A stretch of 64,000 nucleotides of DNA from a virus, in the IMG/VR virus record IMGVR_UViG_3300021138_001972, positions 1-64,000 of that record; one strand, written 5' to 3'. The position numbers and the translations under genes were made by a program. Below the pieces are notes generated by a model. That model had not been told where the DNA came from. It saw only the letters and a list, made by a program, of their open reading frames with translations, and did not search any database. Shown one piece after another: positions 9,756 through 19,156 of this stretch; position 1 is the first letter of the stretch; each line of letters begins with the position of its first letter.

Positions 9756-10203
9756 GCGTCATGGCCTCACTGAGCTTGATCAGACCCTGAAGCTTGCGCT
9801 CGCGACCTTCTGGCATGTGGAACTTCATCACCGGACTGGTAGTGTAGGTGTCAGGAAGCTCGTGACTGCCGTGATAGGCCAGTTCGTCCGGCTTGATGCC
9901 CATGCGCTCTGCTGCAGCATGTATCATGTCGTGCTCTTCTTTGGTGTAGGCCACAGCGATGGGAATGTCGCGCAGTGCTATGTTGTCAACCACTTCATTC
10001 TTCTCAGGCATGCCGGCCATGGCCACCACGAAGCGATAGAAACCATAGCTGTTGTCCATGTCTGGAAAGCTGTGCGTGGCTGGCATGCTGTGCTGGAAGC
10101 TTGGTGGTAGGCCGCGCTTGATCTTGTTGTTGCCAGCAGGGACTTCTGGTCGGCTCCCAGCAGCAGCTTCAAACAGGTCTCCGTATAGATCAGTGATGCG
10201 CAT
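9742..10203 (-). CDS. Stand-alone copy of the ~115-aa repeat domain with a Glu-ending leader
   Basis: MRITDLYGDLFEA; YGFYRF, AYTKEE and ELPD..TTSPVMKF align with the repeats in 7395-9755; TAAATA and GGGAG upstream. Confidence 0.8.
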   Translation of the reverse strand: MRITDLYGDLFEAAAGSRPEVPAGNNKIKRGLPPSFQHSMPATHSFPDMDNSYGFYRFVVAMAGMPEKNEVVDNIALRDIPIAVAYTKEEHDMIHAAAERMGIKPDELAYHGSHELPDTYTTSPVMKFHMPEGRERKLQGLIKLSEAMTHEAR

Positions 10204-10230
10204 GGCAATACTCCCTGGGTATTTATGGCA

Positions 10231-10590
10231 TTATATCATGGAGTCGCCGGCACCGAGGCTGCGCTGGATGGCACTTAGCTCGGGCCAAGGACAACGGTTT
10301 TGCTTTAACCACTGGAATAGATCCTTGGTCTGCGCCCCGAATCTATGCTTGATGTTCACCAGAAGTTGGCGCATGACCCTGGCCTTGACTTCAGGATCTC
10401 TCCAGATTGCGGGATCTGCTCTGCGTATGAGATGGTGTATGTTGGGTTCCGCACGCAGTGCTATGATCTGCAGCTCTGCGCTGGGGTTCTTGATGTCGGC
10501 AATGCTCTCGGGATCCTGCCGGACCGATCGCAGCTGTTCCTCGGGGTCAGTGATCCAGCGTGCTTCTCTTACTATCTCTCTGATCAGCAT
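10231..10590 (-). CDS. Small putative internal head protein with helical repeats and a WPEL module
   Basis: Likely start ATG 10590 (MLIREIVREA), directly after the stop of 10592-13705; PWPELSAIQRSL. Confidence 0.7.
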   Translation of the reverse strand: MLIREIVREARWITDPEEQLRSVRQDPESIADIKNPSAELQIIALRAEPNIHHLIRRADPAIWRDPEVKARVMRQLLVNIKHRFGAQTKDLFQWLKQNRCPWPELSAIQRSLGAGDSMI

Positions 10591-10591
10591 G

Positions 10592-13500
10592 TCATTTGCC
10601 CTTGAGTATCTTGCCCACAGGCTTGCGAGTCCACATCTTACACGACCACCAACGAGCCTTGGTCCTCGGTCCCGGGTTATCGCAATGGTGGCGGGCCCTG
10701 AAGCTCTTGCGACGCTTGGGATCATCGCGCTTGATGCTGAGCCCTGTGGTGTCACCAAAACGCACCATCTTGATGTTGCCAGTCTTTGGATCTCTCACGT
10801 ATACCTTGAACTTGCCACCGCTGCTGGTATTTGTGCGCATGGGTTTGCCAAGCTTGATCTCGCGACCATGGTATTTTGCTTCTGACATGCCTATGGTTGG
10901 AGTTGTCACTGCTGGCGGTACCATGCTGGGATCCTTGGGTGTAGCACCCAGAGTGAATCCGGGTTCATGCAATCTCATCTTGTTAGCTCCTGTGAATCTG
11001 CTGCGAGCTATCAGCGAGAACACCTTGTTACCATCAGCATCATCGTGGACATACTCCAATGCATAGCGCATGTTTGGTATCAATCCCAGTTGCTTGACCT
11101 TGTTTGGACCAATACCGAAGCCATAGGTGTTGCTGTCTACACCCCAGTTCCTGTTGCGTATCATGCGGAATCCCAGATCCTCCATCTCTGCGCCAAAAGC
11201 TTTGAAATATTCCTTGCTGGCCATCACCAACTGTGGCTCACCTCCTGGTCCCAGGTCTAGCTTGAAGTAATTGCCCTGTCGTGGATCCATGTATTGCCTG
11301 GTGAAATCGATGTTGAAATCCACAGCAAAGCTCTTGTAATCGCTGGGATCAGTGCTGGCTCTGCTGAGATCAAACATCTGGTCCTGCACTGCATCTATGG
11401 CACCATGTTGTGTCATGGCATAGGCAATGATCGGATCTTTTTTGCGATCCTTGGTGCTGACCGCTCTGGCAATGTACTTGGGAGCCATGCCAGTTTGTGG
11501 ACTGACCACTGGTTCGTCACTCACAGATATCATCCAGTTACCATGCTTGATGGTTTGCCACGTGGGCATTGCCTCGCCCAGCATGACTTCCTTGACTGCT
11601 GCCTTGGGCCCATCCAAGTAGCTGTCCTTGAGCATGCTCAGTGTGTTGGTATCATTGGCTTCAATGTAGGCATCCAAGTTGGCCAGATACTTGGCAGCGC
11701 TCTTGTCGCCATGCTGTGCTGCCACAGTCAATGCCTGGCCCAGAGGTGTCTTGCTGGGTGCGTTCATGCTGTCCAGCGTGGCATTGATGCCGTAAGCGCC
11801 CAGTCCCAGCAATGCCAGTACCTTCAGCGTGTCCATGAGCCCTTCATCCAGCTCTGGCTGTGGCTCTTGCTTGGGTATCTTGGTGGTGTTGATGGCACGT
11901 ATCTCATAGTCTTGGTGATCAGGCAGCTTGGCTAATTCTTTGCGTGCGGCTGCCATGGTGTGACTGCCTGGCTTGCCTGGTATGGTATTGAGCCCAGCAT
12001 TCTTGCGCACGATGTAATACTTGGTCTGTGGTGAGTATGGGTCGCTGGTGTCTTCGCTGGTAGGCGCTGCGTAATCCAGATTTCCAGCTACTGAGCCAGT
12101 GAGACTAGCAGTTACGCCTGAGATTGTTGCACCTATGTTTATTGGCACTTGACCTGTGCTTATCTCGTCAATCTCACCGTGCAGCTCTATGCCTATCATG
12201 TCAGGTCCGATTGCCACCTTATCTACTGGTATGCCTGCTGCATGCAGTGCTTGTTCTATCTCCAGCTCCTCGTTGCCCTTGAGGCCGCGTGTGACTGCAC
12301 CATGTATCACTATGCCTTTGTCTGTGTGGAAGCTGGTGATGTCTGCGGCATTCTTGCCTGTGTACAGCTTGCGTCCCAGCACACGAGTGATGATAGGCCA
12401 CAGTGCCTCATGCGCATCAGCTTCATCCAGCATCTGCTCATTTACCAGAGGTTCAATCTTCTGCCAGTAATGATCTGCTGGCATTCCAGCTTTCTTTGCC
12501 AGTTCCTGTGCGTATTGCTTGAGCGGAGTGCCTTTGCGGCGCGCATCCATGTAGATCTTGGTCAGCACACGATCCTTGCTGCCCAGAGTCTTGCGTATAA
12601 CATGTTCCTGTTCTTCTAGTCCCGGATCCATCTCTGCTAGCTTAGCAGTAACAGCATCTTCCCAGGCACGCTGATCATCAAGTCCCAGTTCATCACCGAG
12701 ATTCACATGCTGTTGGCGCCATAGCTTGCCCCACTTGCGAGCGCTTTCTTTGTCTTGGCTACGCTTCTTGAACATAGCTGCCCAACCTTCCGGTGTGTCA
12801 TGGTCAAGATCGTCTATCATGCTGTTCCAATTCATAGCCACTGGACTGACCTTGCTACTGCTCTGTATCTTGAGATGTTCATGATCTGGTGCTTCTTCCA
12901 GCCACTGGTATGCTGTCTCGTCTAGAGCCAGCACCATGCTGTTGCCTCTGAGCTCTGCGATAGGAGCGTGTATGGCGCGACCGTCGGCCAGTTCCATGAT
13001 CACGTAATCACCGATAGCGGGTGTATCACTACCAGCAATCTCTGACTCGGTCATGCCTGCCAGTGGTAGCGCACCAGTCTGTACCTTGGCCTTGGTTAAT
13101 TTAGCAGCCTGAGCTGCATCTCTATCGCTGGGCAGCACCGGAGTGGTTTCTTTGGCACCTGCAGCTGCCTGCTGTGCTGCTGCAGTCTTGCCTGCAGCAT
13201 TGCCTGCGATGTTCTGCTGTGCATTGTATGCAGCACCAGCTGTGGTGTTAGCCTGCCCTCCGGGAGTACCTGTGGTAGTAGCCATCTTGCCAGCCTGCGG
13301 TGCATTACCAACCTGTGCAGGATTACCACTCTGAGGTGCCTGTGCGGGATTGGCATTGGCCACACTGGTTTCTGGATGCAACGGATCGTCCTTGGCATCC
13401 TCGTCCATGCCGCGCTTGCGATTTAGCAATTCAAGCTCGCGCTGTAGATTCTTGGCGCCGGGCTGCGTGCGCTGTGCCTTGAGTATGCGCCATAGATGCT

Positions 13501-13705
13501 TGCCTAGCATGCCCTTGAAAATGTCTTTCTGCGCTTGGTCTAGCTGATCATAGCTCTTGTCTGTGTGAGCATCAAGATCATTTGCTGACAATTCGCTGCG
13601 CTTGCCTGGATGCCTGCGAGTAACGTCCCACATCTTGGCCACATCTAGCTGGCTCTGCCAATCATTGGTGCTTTCCAGTGTGCTGAATACTTCATCTATC
13701 TTCAT
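10592..13705 (-). CDS. 1037-aa mosaic putative internal head polyprotein
   Basis: MKIDEVFSTLES leader; about 10 hydrophobic-x-E boundaries; basic C-terminal module with RKSFRARHHC..WSCKMW; TAAATA at 13738-13743. Confidence 0.8.
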   Translation of the reverse strand: MKIDEVFSTLESTNDWQSQLDVAKMWDVTRRHPGKRSELSANDLDAHTDKSYDQLDQAQKDIFKGMLGKHLWRILKAQRTQPGAKNLQRELELLNRKRGMDEDAKDDPLHPETSVANANPAQAPQSGNPAQVGNAPQAGKMATTTGTPGGQANTTAGAAYNAQQNIAGNAAGKTAAAQQAAAGAKETTPVLPSDRDAAQAAKLTKAKVQTGALPLAGMTESEIAGSDTPAIGDYVIMELADGRAIHAPIAELRGNSMVLALDETAYQWLEEAPDHEHLKIQSSSKVSPVAMNWNSMIDDLDHDTPEGWAAMFKKRSQDKESARKWGKLWRQQHVNLGDELGLDDQRAWEDAVTAKLAEMDPGLEEQEHVIRKTLGSKDRVLTKIYMDARRKGTPLKQYAQELAKKAGMPADHYWQKIEPLVNEQMLDEADAHEALWPIITRVLGRKLYTGKNAADITSFHTDKGIVIHGAVTRGLKGNEELEIEQALHAAGIPVDKVAIGPDMIGIELHGEIDEISTGQVPINIGATISGVTASLTGSVAGNLDYAAPTSEDTSDPYSPQTKYYIVRKNAGLNTIPGKPGSHTMAAARKELAKLPDHQDYEIRAINTTKIPKQEPQPELDEGLMDTLKVLALLGLGAYGINATLDSMNAPSKTPLGQALTVAAQHGDKSAAKYLANLDAYIEANDTNTLSMLKDSYLDGPKAAVKEVMLGEAMPTWQTIKHGNWMISVSDEPVVSPQTGMAPKYIARAVSTKDRKKDPIIAYAMTQHGAIDAVQDQMFDLSRASTDPSDYKSFAVDFNIDFTRQYMDPRQGNYFKLDLGPGGEPQLVMASKEYFKAFGAEMEDLGFRMIRNRNWGVDSNTYGFGIGPNKVKQLGLIPNMRYALEYVHDDADGNKVFSLIARSRFTGANKMRLHEPGFTLGATPKDPSMVPPAVTTPTIGMSEAKYHGREIKLGKPMRTNTSSGGKFKVYVRDPKTGNIKMVRFGDTTGLSIKRDDPKRRKSFRARHHCDNPGPRTKARWWSCKMWTRKPVGKILKGK

Positions 13706-13740
13706 GGCAGTGCTGTCCTATCGCGCGATGGTTGCGATAT

Positions 13741-14754
13741 TTAGCGGGACTGTGCTACCTGTTGCTGCTCAAAAAGCGGTATGCTAGCTAGGTTCTTGCA
13801 CTTGCTTTCGCACATGATGTCAAATTGATCGAGGAAGCTCAACGCCCATGAATTCACAGCTGTGTTCCAGTAGTAGTCGCTGTGTGCACGCAGCTTACCC
13901 TTCTTGTAACCCCGTGCGATCAGTGCAGCCATGTCAGGCATCACTGTGGGGCTATGATCTGCGAGACAGTCCTCTCTACTGACTGAATAATGCAGTACAG
14001 GACGGCGGTCTCGCCAGCTATCGCGCACACGAGCCACGCGATCATCGCTAGGTGAGATATACTCCCCCTCGCGTACCCAATGGTGATGGATATCAAGCAC
14101 GACGGGAATGATATCAGCAAGAGCAAGGCAATCATCTAGGCCCCAGGCATTTTCTTCGTTCTCGATGGTGATGGTATTGCGGGCCTCGGGTGAGAGCCGA
14201 GCGTAGGCAGCGCGAATACCGGAGGGACCTTGTCGACCGGCGATGTGGACGTTGATCTTAAAGTCCTGGAAGGTCTTACCATATCCCATCCAGCGGGCGA
14301 TATCCGCATGATACTCAAACTCCTCTATCGAACGATCCACGACATCAGGTCGATCGCTGGCAAGCACAGTGAACTGACCAGGATGCATGCTAAGCCGAAC
14401 ATCAAGATCCCGGGCCAACTGGCCGATGCTGTAGAACTCCCGCTCGCATAGCGCACGTATGCTGCTATCAAGCCAATAATAACCCCAAGTAGGCTCAGTG
14501 TAAACAGGCAGCAGGTCACTGCCAATGCGAACCATACGGAGACCGTGATCAAGACTACCAACACGTTGTACCAACTTTCTCAGAGCACTGATGTTATGTA
14601 GCATTATATCATGCAAACGCTGTTCTGCTATATCTTTGCTTTGCCTGTTTAGCCAGGCCACGGTGGTACTGCGGCAGTTGAGATCGGCTGCAGCTTCTGG
14701 ACCCTTGTCAGTGACATCAGTCCATTTACAGGCAAATCCAATACGTTTAATCAC
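13741..14754 (-). CDS. uvsE: UV damage endonuclease
   Basis: RIGFACK, RLSMHPGQF, INVH, TIENEE, LDIHHHW, RAHSD, MCESK motifs of the UvdE/UvsE family. Confidence 0.93.
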   Translation of the reverse strand: MIKRIGFACKWTDVTDKGPEAAADLNCRSTTVAWLNRQSKDIAEQRLHDIMLHNISALRKLVQRVGSLDHGLRMVRIGSDLLPVYTEPTWGYYWLDSSIRALCEREFYSIGQLARDLDVRLSMHPGQFTVLASDRPDVVDRSIEEFEYHADIARWMGYGKTFQDFKINVHIAGRQGPSGIRAAYARLSPEARNTITIENEENAWGLDDCLALADIIPVVLDIHHHWVREGEYISPSDDRVARVRDSWRDRRPVLHYSVSREDCLADHSPTVMPDMAALIARGYKKGKLRAHSDYYWNTAVNSWALSFLDQFDIMCESKCKNLASIPLFEQQQVAQSR

Positions 14755-15154
14755 TGATCACCTGCGTGTTGTCGGCACTGAACCAATTCAGCGCTTCATG
14801 TATTGTATACGAACTGGTGAGCTCTGTCATCAGTTCTCTGTTGTCTCGGGTCATCCACTTGACCAGATAGCCGTGATAGTCCTCTTGGCTGCGATTGTCT
14901 ATGTACTGGTCCCAGTTAGCCGTGCCAAACGCACCTAACCTATAGGCACGCAGGAATTCTGCATAGGCCATGTATTTCATCCTGGGACTAGGCCACATCA
15001 TGCCCCACTGTGCACTAGCCACTATCAGTGCGCTCTCACGCACCATGCCCACTCCGTTCCAGTAGACTATGGTGCTGTGGCTGCGCGGATGATAGGCCAC
15101 TGCTGGTGTTGTGCTGAGCTTGCTCCACGTTATCAACGCATCATGCGTAGTCAT
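14747..15154 (-). CDS. Hypothetical protein
   Basis: ORF coupled to both neighbours; start taken at MTTHDA. Confidence 0.55.
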   Translation of the reverse strand: MTTHDALITWSKLSTTPAVAYHPRSHSTIVYWNGVGMVRESALIVASAQWGMMWPSPRMKYMAYAEFLRAYRLGAFGTANWDQYIDNRSQEDYHGYLVKWMTRDNRELMTELTSSYTIHEALNWFSADNTQVISD

Positions 15155-15761
15155 CTTCAGTGGCCTTCCAGTTGAGGTCGGGTGCAGCATTGACCATGGC
15201 TATCTCAGCATCACTGGGTTGATACCCATATACCCAGTACTTGACCAGTCGCTTGGCCGAACCTGGGCTAAGCTTGTGGAAGCGCAGGCGACGCTCAGCC
15301 ACGTCTCTGGCAAAGTGTTCTCCAGTCCATACTCGCTTGCCGTCTGTTGCGATCTGGCACACGGTGATGTCAAAGTCGTCCAACACTGCCTGCGCTGTCT
15401 CGTAGAACGCTCGCTTGATCAGCTGTACCTTGTAGTGCCGGCCGGTGTCAGTCTTGCTGACCTGCCTGACCAGAGTGTAGGTAGTGGCGTTAGCCGTGGT
15501 GTGCCGCTCGCTCACAGCCCACCGTTGATTGGGCGTCCATATCCAGCTCTTGTGATTTTCCTCATAGTGCTTGTTGAGAGTGTTGTTGAGCTTGTCGTAC
15601 ACTTTCTCGCCGCGGAAGAACAGATCAATGTCACTGTCACAGGGCCGGCCCAGATACCAGTTTAGAGGTGTGCCTCCACCTATCCAACAGTGATCTGGGT
15701 AGTGAACCAGTCCCTGCAGGTAGTCCACGATGCTGCGATCGTCTGCGTGTACCACGTTCAT
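15141..15761 (-). CDS. Nucleotidyltransferase (poly(A) polymerase/CCA head-domain-like)
   Basis: WIGGG...DSDIDLFF (DxD) and DDFDITVCQ motifs. Confidence 0.7.
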   Translation of the reverse strand: MNVVHADDRSIVDYLQGLVHYPDHCWIGGGTPLNWYLGRPCDSDIDLFFRGEKVYDKLNNTLNKHYEENHKSWIWTPNQRWAVSERHTTANATTYTLVRQVSKTDTGRHYKVQLIKRAFYETAQAVLDDFDITVCQIATDGKRVWTGEHFARDVAERRLRFHKLSPGSAKRLVKYWVYGYQPSDAEIAMVNAAPDLNWKATEDDYA

Positions 15762-15907
15762 AGATAGTGCTCCACCACACGTTCAGCCACCAAGTAGTAG
15801 CTCCAGAACGGTATGATCACAGCAAAGAACGTGCTCCAGAATCCCTTGGCAAGCACGATTCCTGCGATCCAAACGAACAGCAAGATCAGATTGGCTAATT
15901 TGTTCAT
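15758..15907 (-). CDS. 49-aa membrane protein (not in ORF track)
   Basis: MNKLANLILLFVWIAGIVLAKGFWSTFFAVIIPFWSYYLVAERVVEHYL; stop overlaps the next ATG; ATG is 6 nt after a -10 box. Confidence 0.75.
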   Translation of the reverse strand: MNKLANLILLFVWIAGIVLAKGFWSTFFAVIIPFWSYYLVAERVVEHYL

Positions 15908-15913
15908 GTGTAT

Positions 15914-15941
15914 ATCCTAGCATGTTATAACAATCTGTCAA
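15914..15941 (-). promoter_or_regulatory. Sigma70-type promoter TTGACA-16-TAGGAT (TGCTAGGAT)
   Basis: Perfect -35 hexamer and extended -10. Confidence 0.7.
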
Positions 15942-15945
15942 CCAC

Positions 15946-16290
15946 TTATGGCAAGGGCTCTTCCACTCGCACTATCCAGTCTGCCCATTCGTCCCAGACT
16001 GTGTGCGCGTCCTCGGCATTGTCCACGTAGATCACCACAAAGTCGTTATAGCTGTTTTCGCTGGCAAACCTTACCACCACATCTCCGCCCAGTGCACGCT
16101 CAAACCAACGGCGCATGGCTATCATGTTTGACCGCGTGAAGTCTGGATGCTTGGTATCAAACCAGTACGCCCAGGGCCAGAAGCTGTTGGGCCATGGTGG
16201 ATCGCGTTGGTCAAACCTTATGAGGTCCTCGGGCATGATCCACAATGCAATGTCGGCATCTAAACTGTCTAGATCGATCCAGCGTGCCAC
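15946..16290 (-). CDS. Hypothetical protein
   Basis: 114-aa ORF filling the gap; GGAG SD before GTG. Confidence 0.6.
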   Translation of the reverse strand: MARWIDLDSLDADIALWIMPEDLIRFDQRDPPWPNSFWPWAYWFDTKHPDFTRSNMIAMRRWFERALGGDVVVRFASENSYNDFVVIYVDNAEDAHTVWDEWADWIVRVEEPLP

Positions 16291-16294
16291 GATC

Positions 16295-17434
16295 TCACTC
16301 CATCAGCTCAGATAATTGCGGGTAAACATCTGCTAACCTAACCGACCTCAGCTCATCTAGCACAGCAGTTTGATGCTTTAATTTGCTGCGCCACGAGATG
16401 AAATCCATGGTAGCAGACTGTGCCAGATGGCTGATAATTGTGGCATATGCACGTTCAAACTTGGGGGTCAGCTGCATGCTGCTGCGGTAATCCAAGATGA
16501 GACTTTGTTTGAAGCTGTCAGGGAGATTGCGAGCATCATGTATGCTGGGACCGGTAACCAAGCTCACAGATATATCATTGCCGAACTGCGACCACCATGA
16601 TTGGAACTGATCAAATCCCGCTGCATTGAAAACGCTGTATGTAAAGTTAGCACCCTGTACAAGCGTGGGTATTTCTTTCCTAAGCCGGGCTAGGTCACTT
16701 ACGTTTGCTGAGATATCAATCCATTTGCTATCAGACCGCACATACTCATTCATGTCACCGTATCCGTCGATGCTGCAATCGATACGAGATAGTTTAACCT
16801 TGCGCAGTATATCTACCAGTCTGCTGCTCAAAGGCACGGTCATGTTGCTGGTGAAATGCAAACTTAGCTCAGTTAATCTATCAGCAGCAGCTATCTTGTC
16901 TAACTGATCTGCAATATCTTCCTGATGCAACAGAGGTTCGCCACCTAAGAACGCTAACCGTTTCACGGTCTGGGCTTGGCTGTCAGTCAGTTGCCAGCCT
17001 GCGTGTATTAGCCCCACTGGCTGTTCACCCAGACGCACTGCGTCTGATATCCATTTAGTCGATCGCTGTTGATCACAGCTTCTGCAGCGTAGGTTACAGA
17101 GATTGCTGAGATCAACTTCTTGGCTCAGCAACACAGGATCCGAGTTAAGATCTAACTTCAGCTGACGGGCCAACTCAAATCCTTGGTCACGTGTGCTGTT
17201 ACCGCTAAAACCAAATTGGTCGTAATACACGCAACTGGAGCAATTATCGGGCACGCGATGTTGAGAGAAATCCTGGCGCAGAGACTGCATGAACTGGCTA
17301 TTAAAGAACTCCAGGTGATGCTGTGCTGTTGAAATACTGGGATCAACTGCCCAGCTACAACAGGGTACTGCACTGCCATTGGTGTTAACCTTTTGGTGAA
17401 ACCACGGCCAGATGCAGAATGGAGTATCTGTCAT
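16295..17434 (-). CDS. Radical SAM protein with N-terminal SPASM/twitch-like Cys domain
   Basis: FCIWPW..CC..CxxC; CNLRCRSC; GGEP; TAAATA 4 nt before ATG. Confidence 0.9.
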   Translation of the reverse strand: MTDTPFCIWPWFHQKVNTNGSAVPCCSWAVDPSISTAQHHLEFFNSQFMQSLRQDFSQHRVPDNCSSCVYYDQFGFSGNSTRDQGFELARQLKLDLNSDPVLLSQEVDLSNLCNLRCRSCDQQRSTKWISDAVRLGEQPVGLIHAGWQLTDSQAQTVKRLAFLGGEPLLHQEDIADQLDKIAAADRLTELSLHFTSNMTVPLSSRLVDILRKVKLSRIDCSIDGYGDMNEYVRSDSKWIDISANVSDLARLRKEIPTLVQGANFTYSVFNAAGFDQFQSWWSQFGNDISVSLVTGPSIHDARNLPDSFKQSLILDYRSSMQLTPKFERAYATIISHLAQSATMDFISWRSKLKHQTAVLDELRSVRLADVYPQLSELME

Positions 17435-17452
17435 GCTTTATTTACTGCCATG

Positions 17453-17704
17453 TCAATCGCTTAGCAATCTGACCAGTGCCTGCTCGGTTGGCACTCGGAT
17501 GCAGTGTTTGCTGCTGATGTTGGTGTCTTTGACCACGCTTGTACCGCGGCCCCACACCTTCACGGGTGCATGTGATACTGTGACGAATTTGTCAGTGAAT
17601 TTCACTATCCTACCCAGGATCAATCGGTGGCTGCTGGAACCAGGGCTGCGCAGCACCACGTAGTCATCCACTGCCAGCTCGTTGTCAAAGAAATCACACT
17701 TCAT
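17453..17704 (-). CDS. Hypothetical protein (small beta-rich)
   Basis: ATGA-coupled to the ligase stop. Confidence 0.65.
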   Translation of the reverse strand: MKCDFFDNELAVDDYVVLRSPGSSSHRLILGRIVKFTDKFVTVSHAPVKVWGRGTSVVKDTNISSKHCIRVPTEQALVRLLSD

Positions 17705-19050
17705 GCTGCCTCCGTGACCTTGTCATCTCTGAACTGCATAAACACTGGAAAGCGTAGGCTCCAAGTGTTGCCATCCTGCGCCCGGGTCAACGCATCGCCC
17801 TTGATCTCCACAGTGCGACCTATCACGGTATCCTTGTTGTTCCAAATCTCATCTCTGAGCTCTTCTGTGTAGCCGCCTCCAACCATTACTTCAATGTGCT
17901 TGCCCTGATCCACACCGCGGCACAGCAGTCCCCCCAGCGTGTGTTTAAACTTGCTTTCAGGCTTGCCAGGTTCGATGCTAACAACTTCAAGATCCACGGT
18001 GATGAAGGGTTTGATCTTCATCCACGCATCTGTGCGCTTGGTGCGATAGGTTGCCAGCGGGTCCTTGATCATGATGCCCTCGTAACCTGCAGCCACGGTG
18101 TCGTTGTTGAACTCGCGGAACTGTGCCTGTCCTTCATCAGTGTCCAAGTTGACCATCATCTTGGGGATAACGTATACCCTGTCGCCGCATGCTGCTTGGA
18201 TCATTGGCATCATGCCCACCAACACTTCGTGACGGTCAACCTGCTTGAGCAGGCTCTCGCCAGCACGGAAATCGCTCAGTGGGATGATGTCAAACAGTGC
18301 CAGCCTGGCATCCGAAGTGTCCACATCGTCCTTGCGGTTCAGCTGCTTCATCAGATCTTGGAAGCTGCGGCTGATCATCTCACCGTCCAGCACTATGCTC
18401 TGCTTGAGATCAGGGATCAGCTTGGCTAGATCACCGGTGATGTCACCAAACCTGTCATTGCGGCGACCATCACGCGAATACTGCGTCACGGTCTTGTTGT
18501 CCACGTCAATGATGGTGATGATCCTAACACCGTCCAGCTTGACATCCAGGTATTTGTAGCCAACCATCTTCCGGGGATGGTCATCACCGTTTTTGGCCAG
18601 CTGGCAGCTAAACACAGCAATCTGATAGTCTAGCGCTGCACCGCCAATGTCAGCCAGCACCTTGTTGATAGTAGCATCAGTGATGCCACACTTGAGATCT
18701 TTCAGCAGGATTCGGCGATACCAACCGTTCCAATCTGCTGCGCTGGCAGTGTCACTGGCAGCAGTGATAACATCGCGAGCATAGTTTCCTGTGATCTCTC
18801 GGCGCTGCAGTTTGAGCAGCATGTCACGGAACTTGTCCCAGGTTAGCGTGGCTTTAAAACCTTCTGGATCGTTTGCATCTTCGAACAGAGGCGCCTTGTT
18901 AATATTGAAAACAACCATGGCATCATAGGCCAGCTTTGCACCCTCAAAGAACTCGGTACAGCCTGCGGCCCAAGCATCACGTAGGATCCGTTCCTTATCC
19001 AAACGACCCGAGTTTGCTTCTAGCTGTGCGACCACTTCATTGGGCTTCAT
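17701..19050 (-). CDS. ATP-dependent DNA ligase
   Basis: KLDGVR (motif I), LDGE, FDI, EGIMIK, WMKIK, LRFPVF. Confidence 0.95.
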   Translation of the reverse strand: MKPNEVVAQLEANSGRLDKERILRDAWAAGCTEFFEGAKLAYDAMVVFNINKAPLFEDANDPEGFKATLTWDKFRDMLLKLQRREITGNYARDVITAASDTASAADWNGWYRRILLKDLKCGITDATINKVLADIGGAALDYQIAVFSCQLAKNGDDHPRKMVGYKYLDVKLDGVRIITIIDVDNKTVTQYSRDGRRNDRFGDITGDLAKLIPDLKQSIVLDGEMISRSFQDLMKQLNRKDDVDTSDARLALFDIIPLSDFRAGESLLKQVDRHEVLVGMMPMIQAACGDRVYVIPKMMVNLDTDEGQAQFREFNNDTVAAGYEGIMIKDPLATYRTKRTDAWMKIKPFITVDLEVVSIEPGKPESKFKHTLGGLLCRGVDQGKHIEVMVGGGYTEELRDEIWNNKDTVIGRTVEIKGDALTRAQDGNTWSLRFPVFMQFRDDKVTEAA

Positions 19051-19076
19051 GCTGATCTCCTAATGTTTTCTCACAT

Positions 19077-19104
19077 ACAGTAGCACAAATAGCAGGGCTG
19101 TCAA
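19077..19104 (-). promoter_or_regulatory. Sigma70-type promoter TTGACA-16-TACTGT (TGCTACTGT)
   Basis: Upstream of the ligase AGGAG SD. Confidence 0.65.
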
Positions 19105-19156
19105 CCAGTAAATTCAGCCAATATCCTGCTGAAATCGCTGATAAATTTTTGCGAAA

